Source: Octopus sinensis (Eukaryota). Taken from it: a stretch of DNA of 64,000 nt. The translations under genes were made by a program, and so were the position numbers. The notes below the pieces were generated by a model that saw only the letters and a program-made list of their open reading frames with translations, did no database searches and had not been told where the DNA came from. How positions within the stretch are numbered: the first letter of the stretch is position 1; each line of letters opens with the position of its first letter. This document shows, one piece after another, positions 11,240 to 24,645 of this stretch. Location: assembly GCF_006345805.1 (NCBI RefSeq), contig NC_043000.1, positions 13,764,001-13,828,000 on the forward strand, in the 5' to 3' direction.

Positions 11240-11760
11240 ACCTCAATTATGCTTAAACCTGACATGGCACAGAAAGCCAAGTCAGGAATGGAACAGTTTC
11301 AGGTATTGATCACATGGTAGGATGGGTGATGGTCTTGGCTGGAGTTGCTTTCTTCTTGCTTCTTCTTCAGTTTTTCTCCTCTCCTCAAAACTGGAACAGC
11401 CGAAATGAATTGCTCTTCACCAGGATAGACGGTCAATGGCTTCTGTTTCCCAGGTGTTAGGGCTGATTCCAGATTGAAGGAGAGAAGACTTCAGATGGTC
11501 TTTGAATCTGCATTTTGGAGCTTCTCAATGTTGTTTGCCATGGACGAGATTGTTGTAGAGGATGCCCCACAGGAGTTTTGAAGGGGGCCATATGGAAGAT
11601 ATGTTCTGATAATCTGAAGTCATACTTGAGGATAGCAGCTTCAATGTTTGGCATTTCTGAACAATTGAGGACTTTGTTGTTGGTATGTCAGTCCTGCCAT
11701 TTGATGTTGAGGCTCTACTGAAGCTTGGCTTGTTGAAAACACTCAAACTTTTTAGGTTTT
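11240..11760 (-). mobile_element. RTE (BovB-like) ORF2 C-terminal remnant
   Basis: Frameshifted SKLLWGILYNNLVHGK..PKCRFKDHLK..TWETEAIDR..W and a terminal zinc-finger-like remnant. Confidence 0.7.
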
Positions 11761-11769
11761 TTCGATAAA

Positions 11770-12647
11770 AAAAAACAGTTTTTAAATTTTGGAATCTATT
11801 GTTTTCAAGAATTCTATTTTTGAATCATTTTGGAACTTTCCGGGTTGACACATCTGTATTTTTGCAGAATCTTTCTCTTAAATTTTTTTCCCATCGTGCT
11901 TCAGGTTTAGCATTGTTTGACATTCTTCTGGAATGGTCTATAGGATGTTGGTTTGCTTGCTCCACTTTTGAGAGGATACTTGTCAGAATTTCCATATCTT
12001 CAGTTTCCATAAAGCCTTGTATAAAGATAAGGGATTTAAACATATTCTGAGTGAGTTCCTGAAGTTTAAAGTTTTCAAACATACAGTTGACTGCTCCGGC
12101 ATATGTAATAAAGTCATCATTGTCATTTTTTGTTAAGTTCCAACACTCCATTCAAGTGTTAAATAACAAACTTTTGTCATAAAAGATCTTTAATGGTAAT
12201 TCAATAGTTTCTTAGAAACTAATCTCACTCGACTTTTTGGGCAATATAAAGTTACAGTAGTGTTCATGCTTGTCCGGAGCTACTTTGCGTAGTAATAGCC
12301 TCACTTTCTCTTCATCTGACCATGATGTGCAATCTTTGTTGAAAATTTTCTTATACCTTCTATAGTATGCAGGAAACATAATACCCTCCTCTGGATTATA
12401 AGTGAATTCAGAAATCAAGTTCACCACAATGTAAATGAACTTACCAAATTTTTGGACTTCCTTGATTGTAACTCAATTAACTGTTGTTGTTGTTGTAATA
12501 TTTGCTTCTGCAACTCCTTTAGTTGTTCCAGTTGCTTCTCTGGAAGCTGTATTACTGCACCTAATAGGATCTCCATAATTTAACAATTTGTATGACGCAC
12601 AAATTGTCAAATAACCAATGTGATCTTCGAAAATCCTCATCGCCAGA
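11770..12647 (-). mobile_element. Ty3/Gypsy gag remnant with PBS
   Basis: ISEFTYNPEEGIMFPAYYRRY..DCTSWSDEEKVRLLLRK; Q-rich N-terminus; PBS TGGCGATGAGGAT at 12633-12645. Confidence 0.85.
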
Positions 12648-12946
12648 TGTTATATCCTTACGCCTCCAATATCATGGTACAGTTGATATTGTCGACAATA
12701 GAATAAGAACACACTGTAACAGTGTTATAACAATACAAAATAGAAACAGTGGCAGTAAGAAACGCGTAATGAACCAACAATCTTTTACAAACCAACAATC
12801 AATATTTCCAGCATACTAACTCGAACTGTAAACTGTACCTGGATTTCGGAGACCAAACTATGAACTGCCAACTATGCCAGACCACTACTATCTGTATGTA
12901 GTGATCCCCTCTATTCTCGTCAGAGAGTGTCACACTCGCTACAACA
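12648..12946 (-). mobile_element. Gypsy 5' LTR (~299 bp)
   Basis: TGTTG...AACA termini immediately upstream of the PBS. Confidence 0.75.
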
Positions 12947-13240
12947 TTAACAGACCATATAGTAATGACTGGAATTGTTGGTGTTACCATGACATTTGAG
13001 TGATCTGATGAGCTAATTTTTCTTTATTTGCATTGATTTGTGAATATACAATTAAACTGTATATTGCATAGCATGCATATTCATGTATACATAGTTTATT
13101 CCACACTGAAAGTATTACTACATCATGAAGGCTGAGAAATGACTGAAATTCGAAGGATGTCAAGTGGTCAAAGAAATATATTTACCTCTCAAACTTCCTG
13201 ACATTTTGTGATATAAATATATATACATACATATAAAAAT

Positions 13241-13500
13241 ATCATCATCATCATCATCGTTTAATGTCCATTTTCCATGCTAGCATGGGTTGGACGGTTC
13301 GAGGCTGCACCAGGCTCCAGTCTGATCTGGCAGTGTTTCTACAGCTGGATGCCCTTCCTAATGCCAACCACTCCATGAGTGTAGTGGGTGCTTTTTATGT
13401 GCCAGGGGAGGCTGGCAACAGCCACGATTGGTCAGTGCTTTTTACGTGCCACTGGCATGGAAGCCAGTCAAGGCAGCGCTGGCATCGGCCACATTCAGTT
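13241..13500 (-). mobile_element. RTE 3' UTR copy
   Basis: Same repeat as 39041-39210. Confidence 0.85.
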
Positions 13501-14550
13501 TGTTCAGCAATCTGATCCCCGCATTGCGCAAGTATGGAGGACATCACCCATGTCTTGACGACAGACAATGATGTAGTCTAGGAGATGCCACTGTTTGGAA
13601 CATGGGTGCATCCATGACATCTTGTAAATGTTTCGCTGTTGAAAGAGGGTGTTAGTGATGCACAGGTCATACTTAGAGCAGAAGGTAAGTAGTCTCTGTG
13701 CATTAGCGTTCATTTTCCCTGTGCCATAAGGACCGAGGATCCCTTTCTAGGTGGTATTGTCACACCCAACACAGGAATTGAAGTCACCCATGAGTACAAT
13801 CTTGTCCGATTGGGAAATTCTCCAAATGGCAGTATGCAGAGAATCATAGAAGGCGTCTTTTATCTCTTCATCAGAGTTGAGAGTTGGTCCATAAAAGCTG
13901 AAAATTGTCAGAAAACGTTTGTTCAAAAGTGGGACTTTGATTGTCATCAGGCGCTCACTGATACAGGAGGGAACTCCAGGAATTTTCTGCAATAGGCTGT
14001 TCTTGATTGCAAAACCAACCCCATGTAGATGGGGCATCCTAGAAGGATGTCCTTTCCAGAAGGTGTATCTGCCAGCTTCTTCAGTGAGGGAAACCTCATC
14101 AGAGAAATGAGTCTCACTGAGTGCAGCAATGTCAACGTTGTAGCACTTGAGTTCGGTGGCTACAAGAGCAGTGTGTTGCAGGGGTCATCGAGTGTCTGGC
14201 TCATCATGTGAAATGTCACCAAGGAGGGTGCGAACATGCAAAGATGAGGTTTGAGGGTTTCTTTTTCTTTTTCAATTTTGATGCTTGGCTTCAACTGCAT
14301 GTTTGGAGATGACTGCTAGGAGTGGTTACTCAGTCAAGCAAGTGAGGATGAGCTTTTTCTGATCCACATTTTCTAGGCCCTTCACCATGACAGATCTTAT
14401 TTTTCATCCCGCAGGGTGTCCAACAACACCCTCCTCACCAAGCAAGCCTGGTGGGTTCACCAGTTTAGTCACCAATGACCTGACCATGCAACAGGTTGTA
14501 CTGGATTACATGTTACCAGTAGCACTCAAGAGCAACCTATCATGCTGTTC
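13500..14550 (-). mobile_element. RTE (BovB-like) 5' UTR plus AP-endonuclease remnant
   Basis: HGVGFAIKN..ISERLMTI..YGPTL..LMGDFNSCVG; CSKYDLCITNTLF..WHLLDYIIV. Confidence 0.85.
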
Positions 14551-14732
14551 CTAATGCTAACTTAATGATAATAAAGTTATTTTACTAAATTCTTTGTTAT
14601 ATTTAAAATTAATTGAAGGAAACACAGAGTATCTCAACAGAAATATGGTAACAAAATGGATAAATGCACTTCAAAATTCAATCCCCCAAAACAATTATTA
14701 TACACATACACGCATGCACGCACACACCTGCA

Positions 14733-15330
14733 CGAGGTCTGATCAATAAGTATCCGGACTTTGTCATAGTAATGAAGCTAAAACATGCAGAGTGAAGGCT
14801 CTTGGCAAATATTGACCTTAAACTCTGTTGTGCATGCAAACTAAGTTTTGATATTCTATATCACTTCCGCTGTTTACAGCAATGCTTAGAAGGAAGGTGT
14901 GTAGTGTGTGATCATTGCAATGACCATGGGAGAAAGTTATCATGGCGATACCTGCTCAAAGTTGCAGAAAGTGTATGGAGAAGAGTGCATGAGTCACACA
15001 CAAGTGTACGAGTGGTTCAGATGTTTCCAAGATGGCAGAAAAAATGTTGATATTGATGAACATTCTGGGAGACCCGCAACCAGCAGAACTGAGAAAAACA
15101 TCACAGATGTGTATGCAGCTGTGAGGGAAAATTGCCGAATCACTATCCATAAATTATCAGAGGATATCCAGATTAGTTATAATTCAATTCAGTCCATTAT
15201 CACTGAAGATTTGAGTATGAAATGTGTCTCTGCCAAGTTTATGCCAAAACAGCTTTCAGCTGACCAAAAAGTTACTCGGGTTTCAGTTGCACAAGATCTC
15301 CATGACTGTAGAGAATGATGAAAACTTTTT
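14733..15330 (+). mobile_element. Mariner left end plus N-terminal transposase remnant
   Basis: TIR cgaggtctgatcaataagtatccggac; MSHTQVYEWF..DEHSGRPATSRT..VSAKFMPKQL. Confidence 0.9.
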
Positions 15331-15334
15331 GAAA

Positions 15335-15608
15335 ATTGCGTAGGCATCTGAGCAGGTATCACCAAACTTTTGGCAAAATTTGATGCAGATTCACTACTCA
15401 ACTTTCTCTGTCGTGATCAATGCAATGATCACAAGCTATACACCTTCCTTCCAAGCACAGCTGTAAACAACAGAAGTGAGCTAGAATGTTAAAACTTAGT
15501 ATACATGCACAGCAGAGTTCAAGGTCAATTTGTGCCAGGCAGATTTATTCTGCATCCTTTAGTTTCGTTATTATGGCAATGGTCCAGATAATTATTGATC
15601 AGCCCACA
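15335..15608 (-). mobile_element. Inverted mariner left end
   Basis: Reverse complement aligns to 14733-14960 and includes the ICIKF-like segment. Confidence 0.8.
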
Positions 15609-15699
15609 TTTATATCACTTGATCACATAACTGACCAGGCTATGAAATGCTGTTACACATCACTGGTCACAATGTGCATTTGTATTGCTTTAGCCTTCA

Positions 15700-15870
15700 A
15701 ATGACATCACCCCACTGGCTAGGGTAGCAGGCCAATATTCTTCCCTGATCGAAAGGGGTACTGGAGCAACGTGAAATGAAGTGTCTTGCTCAAGAACACA
15801 ACACACAGGCAGCTCAGGGAATCAAATCAAAACTATGATCTAGCAATCATGAGTGCAACATCTTAACCAC
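15700..15870 (-). mobile_element. tRNA SINE (tgtgttcttgagcaagacactt family) fragment
   Basis: Reverse-complement similarity to 37530-37640. Confidence 0.6.
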
Positions 15871-15885
15871 TAGGGCACGTGGTTT

Positions 15886-15917
<32 letters not shown>

Positions 15918-15949
15918 TTCATACATATACATACACACACACACATATT

Positions 15950-16110
15950 CATATACAACAGATTTCCTTACAGTTTCCATCAACCAAATCCATTCACAAA
16001 GCTTTGGTCAGCCCAGGACTATAGCAGGAGACACTTGTCCAATGAGCCAAGAGGTGGGATTGAACATAAAACCATGTGGTTTGGAGGAAAAAATTCTTAT
16101 CACACAACCA
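15950..16110 (-). mobile_element. CORE-like SINE fragment
   Basis: Similarity to 42625-42785. Confidence 0.75.
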
Positions 16111-17109
16111 TGCCTGTACTCCTATATTATTCACAATCAAACTACAAATGTCTAAAATTCCTTTCAGAAGGTTACACCATAATTTAATTCACTACTTCTC
16201 TATAGAAACAAAATTGGTAACACATTATTTCTCAGTCGTTTGAAATTACATTCTCCAAATCCTGAAGTTCTGGTTCCAGTACTACTCTGCCTACTTGTAA
16301 CATGCAATCTACTCGGACTCCCAAGAGTGCACATTGCACAGTCAGGAAAAAAAAAAAAGAAAAGGAAAGAAAATAAAGAAGTAAAGACTTGTACAAGAAA
16401 CATTGATTATATTTAGATTGCTTTATCCATAGTAGCTATATGTGCAGTTTCTGGTGGTGGTGGTGGTGGTGGTGGTGGTGGTGCTGCTGCTGCTGTTGTC
16501 CTTGTGTTTAGGTGATACAACTAAACTAGCAATGTCCTTTAGCTTCGTTCTAATCAATACTCCACATGTGCATAATACACCTGACACTGCTTCCTCCTTT
16601 TTCTTACACAAACTCAGATCCACTACTGAGTGCTAGCAGTTGCATTGTTTTGCCAACCACCACTCTGTCTCCAGCAACACCACCACCAACACCAACACCA
16701 ACACCACTGCCAACACCATAACAACAACCACAACAGTAACAGTACTAACAACAATAGTTTTTTTGGGTTTTTTTCATTTTTTTTTTATTCTCATACAATA
16801 TTTGTAGCATTGTCAGTATTTCAGCTTCTCAACATTTTTACACAAGAACTGAAGCAATTATTTATAAACAACACAAGTAACCATCTTAGTTTTTCATCCC
16901 TACCCCACCCCAACCCCTAAAAACAACAACAACAACAACAACAATAAACGGTGCATTTCCAAATCTAACAGTGCATTTCCATAATCAAACATTTACTGTA
17001 TGGTGCACAACCAATATTTTATAGGTGGCCACAAAATTGAGTTTAACACTGTATGTATACACATACACTTTTCTCTCACTCTTTCATATACAAACACAGA
17101 AACACACAT

Positions 17110-17143
<34 letters not shown>

Positions 17144-18087
17144 AAAACTGTTGTTCACAATAAACCAGTTGAAACTGAGTATTCACACCTTTAATAATAT
17201 TCCACTGCAATTTAACTCTGCTTCATGACTGGAAATCTAATATAAACAAAAATGCTGAAGATAATTTGATAGTTACAGACATGTACATGAACAATTTTTT
17301 ACTACATTATATTTCTATCTATATTTCAAATACATTTTACTCGATATTACAATTTCTTTTGTTGAGATAGAACATGTTTTCTTTATTTCATGCACAACCC
17401 ATACATAAATTATGATCATTTTCTTCCAAATTTACATATGACCATTTAGCTGAAGCAAGTTGTTTATGCATTAATGGAAAATGGCTTGGATAACATTGTA
17501 AACTCTTCCTCTATTTTTTCAATATGCATTTAGGTGTACAATATTTAAAAAAAAAAATAAGGTAACTTAAAATATTGATTGTTTCCACACATAGATATTA
17601 TGAAACAGTCTTACTAGTTGCCTACAAAAGCAACAAATATTGCAAATATTCTAGTTATATCAGTATCATTTGCATTATACATATTTACAGTACAATAACT
17701 GCTATTAAAGAAAACCAATTCTTTCATGATTTTTCATTGAGTATTGTTTAAGACAACTACAAAATAAAGATATTGTTTGCTACTTAGTTCCTATGAAGAC
17801 CATCTAACAATAATTCGCTGTGGAAAATGAAACATCTTTCTCATATATATGTGTATCAAATTATTGATTATACACAGATCGAGGGCATGTTTTTTAAGAG
17901 AAAAATCAAGGAAAAGTAAAACAAAAACGTATACAAATTACTGAAGCTTGAAATAAGGCCAGTTCTGAACTGACAAAAAGTCTTCTTCTAGAATTTGTGA
18001 CTTGAAAATGATTGCCAGCATTATCATCTTTATCATACATAATTTTTTTGCAATGTATGTTTTTCTTTTATATATATATATATATAT

Positions 18088-18137
<50 letters not shown>

Positions 18138-18140
<3 letters not shown>

Positions 18141-18293
18141 CGTTAGGAAGGGCATTGGCGTTAGGAAAGGCATCCAGCTGTAGAAACTCTACCAGATCAG
18201 ATTGGAGCCTGGTACAGCCATCTGGCTCGCCAATCCTCAGTCAAACGGTCCAACACATGCCAGCATGGAAAGTGGACATTAACCGATGATGAT
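18138..18293 (+). mobile_element. RTE 3' UTR copy inside a (TA)n tract
   Basis: ttggcgttaggaagggca...gatgatgat with TA tracts on both sides. Confidence 0.85.
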
Positions 18294-18769
18294 ATAAATA
18301 TATATATATATATATAGGTAGATAGATAGAGAGATAGATATACATATATGTATACATATATTTACATATATATATATATACATATATATACATATATATA
18401 TAAATATATACATATATATATATGCATATATACATATATATATGCATATATACATATACACACATATATATATATATACATATATATATGCATATATACA
18501 TATACACACATATATATATATACATATACATATTATAGACATATATGCACATATATATACATGCATATATACATACATGTATATACATACATATATATAT
18601 ATATATATACATATATACATACATATATACATATATATATACATAATATATACATAATATATACATACATATATACATACATATATACACACATACACAC
18701 ACACATATACATACATGTATATATAATAGCTGCATCCTCGTTACACGAGAAAAGCCATTGGCAAGAAGA

Positions 18770-18975
18770 CTTACTGAAATGATTCATGATTGTTGCTATG
18801 TAATGCCCTTATATGACTTTTAAGCCCGTCCAAGCTTTTACACATTTCATTACATACTAGGCAACTGTGCTGGCTGGCAGGAGAAACAGGTGCCACCATA
18901 TGCACTCTCTTAACATGTCTTTTTAGACCTCCAACTGAGAGGCACACCCTTCCACATTTTACACACGTTCTGTTA
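18770..18975 (-). mobile_element. RTE-type C-terminal double C2H2 zinc-finger remnant
   Basis: CVKCGRVCLSVGGLKRHVKRVH..CLVCNEMCKSLDGLKSHIRALH, resembling the RTE C-terminus at 20414-20818. Confidence 0.55.
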
Positions 18976-20393
18976 TGAATTTTAATAACCACGCTCTGAG
19001 ACCAACTTCTGTCACTTTCCAGGGAGAAAAACTAGAAATAGTTGATAGCTTCCATTACCTAGGTGACCAAGTCAGCAGCGAGGGTGGGTGTGCTGAAAGT
19101 GTAACTGCTAGAGTAAGAATAGCTTGGGCAAAGTTCAGAGAGCTCTTACCTCTGCTGGTGACAAAAGACCTCTCGCACAGAGTGAAAGGCAGACTGTATG
19201 ATGCGTGTGTACGAACAGCCATGCTACATGGCAGTGAAACATGGGCCGTGACTGCTGAGGATATGCGCAAGCTCACAAGAAATGAAGCCAGTATGCTCCG
19301 ATGGATGTATAATGTCAGTACTCATACTTGACAGTGTGTAAGTACTTGAGAGAAAAGCTGGACCTAAGAAGCATCAGATGTGGTGTGCAAGAGAGACGTT
19401 TGCGCTGGTATGGGCATGTGGCAAGAATGGATGAAGATAGTTGTGTGAAAAAGTGCCACACCCTAGCGGTTGAGGGAACCTGTGCAAGAGGCAGACCCAG
19501 GAAAACCTGGGACAAGGTGGTGAAGCACGACCTTCGAACTTTAGGTCTCACTGAGGAAATGACTAGAGACTGAGACCTCTGGAAGTATGCTGTGCGCGAG
19601 AAGACCCGGCAGGACAAGTGAGACCATAACCCGTGGCCTTCTACATGGGATGTAGCCAGCCCACTTATGCATACCTTCCCTTCTTGGAACACAAAACTCT
19701 ACTTGTGAAGACCTGTTGAGGCAAGTCAGAATCAGAATCGAAATTGATCAATGGAAATTGCAGCTGAGTTACCTGTGCCGGTAGCACGTAAGAGAACCAT
19801 CTGAATGTGGCCGTTGCCAGCACCGCCCCGACTGGCCTCGTGCTGGTGGCATATAAAAAGCACCATCCGTTCGTGGCCGTTGCCATCGCCGCTCAGATTG
19901 ACCTCGTGCCAGTGGCACATAAAAAGCACCATCCGTTCGTGGCCATTGCCAGCCTCACCTGGCCCCCGTGCCGGTGGCACGTAAAAAGCACTATCCGTTC
20001 GTGGCCGTCTGCCAGACTCGTCTGCACCACCATCCGTTCGTGGCCGTTGCCAGTGCCACCTTGACTGGCCTCGTGCCGGTGGCATGTAAAAAGCACTATC
20101 CGTTCGTGGCCGTTGCCAGCCTCGCCTGGCCACTGTGCCAGTGGAACGTAAAAAGTACCATCCGTCCGTGGCTGTATGCCAGCTCCGTCTGGCACCTGTG
20201 CGGGTGGCACGTAAAAAGCACCCACTACACTCACGGAGTGGTTGGTGTTAGGAAGGGCATCCAGCTGTAGAAACACTGCCAGATCAGACTGAGCCTGATG
20301 CAGCCTTCTGGCTTCACAGACACCAGTTGAACCGTGCAACCCATGCTAGCATGGAAAGCGGACGCTAAATGACGATGATGATGATGATGATGA
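18975..20393 (+). mobile_element. 5'-truncated RTE (RT C-terminus, 3' UTR minisatellite, (GAT)n tail)
   Basis: Co-linear and highly similar to 39041-40300. Confidence 0.92.
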
Positions 20394-20399
20394 CATCAT

Positions 20400-21140
20400 T
20401 GTTTATCATGGGGTCAATTTCTATGAGAATTTTGATGGCTCACCAGGCTTGCATGACTCAAACACCATCCACAAACCACACATATAAAAAGTAACAATCT
20501 CTTACTTTCCACAGGTTCCCCACTTCTAAGCTTCTTCCTAATTCTCTCATACTTCACTCTCTCCCCCTCAAACCTTGAACAACCATCATGCACTATCTTC
20601 CTCCATCCATCACGGTCTTGTGCCTCCCTCTCCCAATTACCAGCTGCAATTCCTGTCTTTATTAGAGCATTTTTAAGGCAATCCTTAAACCTTAGTTTAG
20701 GCTTATGTGCTGGTCTCCTGCCATCTTCCAGCTCACCATACAATAGCTGCTTGAGCAGTCGCTCATCATTAATCCTTACCAAATGTTCCCTCCACTTCAA
20801 ACGCCTTTGCAAAATCATTGACTCTATCCTTCTATTTTCATCAATACTTCTGTTACTCTACTTTTCTTTATGGTATTGGCCCTACACAAACCCATTTTTA
20901 CTTCTGGGAGAGGTGGTTCATATTAATCTGGCTTCTGTCCTTTGATATGTTCAGCATGGAAGGTCCTACCAGGAGCTTGCACTCCACTGACATAGTTCCC
21001 AGGGTCACTGAAGCATACAACCCACCATATTGTAACAGGGACAACACCTTGTGATGGCTGTACATATAATGGGGAGTGGGGCAGAAAGTTGATGTCCTTA
21101 TGACAAAGGTAAGTAAATGTACTTAGTTTATCTGGCAAGA
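20400..21140 (-). mobile_element. RTE ORF2 C-terminal remnant
   Basis: RRLKWREHLVRINDERLLKQLLYGELEDGRR..PKLRFKDCLK..C2H2. Confidence 0.85.
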
Positions 21141-21339
21141 CAAATAGGGATGATGAGTGAAAGGGAGTACAAGCAATTAGACAAGTAGAGAAAGAACAGA
21201 AACAGCACAGGTAACCATGTCATGAAATACATTCATGACATGTGTGTGTGTGCGTGCACATACACATGCATGTGTGCATGTGTGTGTGTAGCAGTAACAT
21301 CACAAACATTGACATAGTATTGCAATGTGTGTTGCAACT

Positions 21340-21570
21340 GAGCAATTGTAGAGGGTCAGTAAGTGGACGTTACCTGGTTTCCATGGCATAAGTGACCAAG
21401 ATCAAAGCATTCCCCTTGAACAGGATGGCAGTTCATTATAGAGCTACTGCTAACTGAAGTTGAGCAATGTGAATTGAAGTGTTTTCCTCAAGAACACTGT
21501 GCATCGCCCAGTTGAAACCATGATTTTGCTATCATAAGCGCAATAAATTAACCCCCAGGCAACATGGACA
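21340..21570 (-). mobile_element. Degenerate tRNA SINE
   Basis: gtgttcttgaggaaaacactt core motif on the minus strand. Confidence 0.5.
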
Positions 21571-22963
21571 GGGCTGCAAAATTGAGAAGTTTCTGATTCA
21601 GTAGAGGAAAGATATTCTTTTTGGATGTGGTTTTGGTAATGTAATGCATATGTGCGGTCAATATAAAGAACCACAGAGACCGAAACCCAATATTCGCTCC
21701 ATACACACACACACACACAGAGTCAGTTAAAAATTTAATAATATTCTACTGTAATTAATTCTGCTTCAAGACTGGAAATCTAATCTAAAAAAAAAAATTA
21801 TGAAGATGATTTATGATTCTAGACTTCCATTTGATGGAAATAAATTTTTAGACATTAATGCTAAACAACTCCTAAATGTTAGCTTAATAAAAAAATAAAA
21901 TGAAATTTTATAGTAATTTCTATTATTTTCCTAAATAAATGTATATGTGTCTTTTATAGATCTAATCTTCTATAGCATCTTATATATCTTTTACTCTTCC
22001 TGCGTATAACATCCACTTTGTTATATAGCCTAACCCTTCAAGCATTTTAGCAGTTTTACAATTTACCAAAGTGATTTCAATACATTTATCTTCTTAGCAT
22101 ATCCATACCTAAGTCATTTTTCTCAAATTGTACAGCTAGAGGTTATATATGGCTGTATATCTCTACTACCAGATGTTTCACTACTACAGAATGTTCAAGG
22201 AAATTCATTTAACAGACATCAAGACATTTTGTTGAGTCACTAAGTGATTCATGTCTCGCTTGCTTGTTTTCAACCTGATGGCTTCTACTTTTATATGAAG
22301 AAATGTGATGGTTGAGTGGACTGCGAGTTCATATTTCCTTGCAAGCTTTGCATATCACTCTCATCTCAGTTTAACTAGCTGAAAAATAGCAGAGCATTTA
22401 AAAAGTACCTCAAACCTGCTTAAAACCATCAGAAACCCAATGCTGTAGATTGTAAAAGAATATATCTTAAAATTTCCATCGCAATCTGATGGTCCACATG
22501 AATTTTCATCCCCAACTGATTTTTAAAATCATTTAGTCTTAAATACAAATCCAGAAACTAAATGAACATTCACACTTTTGAGGTTTTACATTTTTCTTTG
22601 CAGAAAGCAAATTCTCTCAGTTTTATCCCATTTCAAGGATTTACTGACCACAAATTCCATAAGCTTATATTTCTTTCAATGTTAATAATATCTAAAGTTA
22701 ACTAAGTACCAGTCTTGAACAACATACCACTGTACAACTTCTATCTTTAATGCACATCTTCAATATTTCTTAAGTATAATATAAATATGCTTGAACTTAT
22801 GTACATCTGTGATGCTCTTAAAAGAGGCTTTTCGTTGAAAGAAGAAGAAGGGTTATACTGAGTGAAGTGTCAGGCAAAAAAAAAAAAAAAAGACAGCAGT
22901 ATTTAGTAAAGGAGATGGTAATAGTCAGAATGGAAAAAAAATAAGGAACACTATACATAATCT

Positions 22964-22998
<35 letters not shown>

Positions 22999-23329
22999 TC
23001 ACAAGTTATTGTTGAAGTAATAGAGTTATAGGTAGGGATGCTGGTTGATGGAGACAGCAGTGGTAATTGTAGTAGTGATAACATGACTATTCTTTGTAAT
23101 TACTGTGATACTCTTAGGAGAACAAATGAACTTCTGAACTGCTGCCAGAACAGAAAATTTTTGCTTCTTCATCTACAGTTTCATTCAGAAGAATTTAGAG
23201 TATTTTTTCATAAAAATAATGTAGAATTGATCTAGTTTCATAAAAATATTAGGAACAGTATTGGTGCCTTTTTTTTTGATTCATTTGAGTTAAAATAACT
23301 ATACTTGAAGGCCTTATTGTTTCAAAGTG

Positions 23330-23530
23330 CTGGGTCAAATATTCCACATACTGTCAAAATCAATGTCAGAAGGGAGGATCCTGAAAGACATGCTGTATGG
23401 GGACTGGCCTCCAACAAGAGAATATACAGATGACTCCATCTTAGTTTCAAGAATGTCAGAAAGGGGGAGATGAAATACTTTTACACAAACATTGAAAGGA
23501 GGATATCGCTGGTGATTGCTCACAGGAAGC
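23330..23530 (+). mobile_element. RTE ORF2 C-terminal fragment
   Basis: MSEGRILKDMLYGD motif. Confidence 0.6.
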
Positions 23531-23551
23531 TAAAACTAGACACAGGTTTAA

Positions 23552-23770
23552 CCCTTTAACATTTAGATTTCTTTGTCAAATGTGATGTTTATTTATTCAC
23601 ATTGTTTTGAATTAATCGTGCATTATCTTGTAGCTTCGAGGTTTCAATGATGTGCTTGTATATTTTTAGAATGATACTGTAGGTAGGTGTGAGAGGTTGA
23701 ATCTGGTCAGTTTTACCATAAAACAGGTAGAATATTTAGGCTAGATATGGCCAGATTAAATGCTAAAGGA
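23552..23770. mobile_element. piggyBac-type MITE
   Basis: TTAA|CCCTTTAACATTTA ... TAAATGCTAAAGGA|TTAA. Confidence 0.8.
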
Positions 23771-24039
23771 TTAAAAATACAAGAGGAGGGGCTTTGGATT
23801 GCTGATGAAGAAGAGCAAAATTGATGGGAAAACAGCACTAGGACAAGACCAGTGGACAGTTCCTTTAGATGCAGTCACTGCAACTAGGATTGCCACTCAC
23901 AGGTGGGTCTCTATAGTTACAGCAGTCACTGTTCTGACAACAAGACTGAAAATAAGACTTTTCCAGGTACAGAAACAGACACCTCCGTATGAATTAACCT
24001 CTCCAATTTCCCCCCACTTCTTTTCCTGTCTTGCAAGTA

Positions 24040-24245
24040 ACTAGGTAACCACACTAGTGTCAGTGGCATGAAAATACACCCAGAAGACACTGTAAAGTGG
24101 TTAGCATTAGGAAAGGCATCAAGCCTAGGAATCATGCTTAAACTTACACTGGAGCTCAAAACAGCCCAGCAGGTTGCCAGATCCTGTCAAACTATCCAAC
24201 CCATGCAAGAAGGGAAAACAGCTGTTATATGGCAATGATGATGAC
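24040..24245 (+). mobile_element. RTE 3' UTR copy, degenerate
   Basis: ggcattaggaaaggcatc...gatgatga. Confidence 0.7.
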
Positions 24246-24249
24246 AATA

Positions 24250-24645
24250 CTCTTACACTTTACTCTTTTACTTGTTTCAGTCATTTGACTGCGGCCATGC
24301 TGGAGCACCACCTTTAGTCGAGCAAGTCAACTCCAGGACTTATTCTTTGGAGGCCTAGTACATATTCTATCAATCTCTTTTGCCGAACCGCTAAGTTACG
24401 GGGAAATAAACACACCACCACTGGTTGTCAAGCGATGTTGGGGGACAAACAAAGATGTACAAACATATACACACACATACATATATATATGATGGGCTTC
24501 TTTCAGTTTCCATCTACCAAATCCACTCACAAGGCTTTGTTCGACCCGAGGCTATATAGAAGACACTTGCCCAAGGTGCCACGCAGTGGGAATGAACCTG
24601 GAATTTATGTGGTTGGTAAGCAAGCTACTTACAACACAGCCACTC
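24250..24645 (-). mobile_element. Near full-length CORE-like SINE
   Basis: Reverse complement of 42625-43036. Confidence 0.9.

Noticed and set aside
13005-13011. CTGATGA core
   Set aside because: No matching stem II and GAAA downstream
18770-18992. Host C2H2 zinc-finger gene
   Set aside because: Isolated fragment resembling RTE C-terminal fingers and fused to another RTE copy
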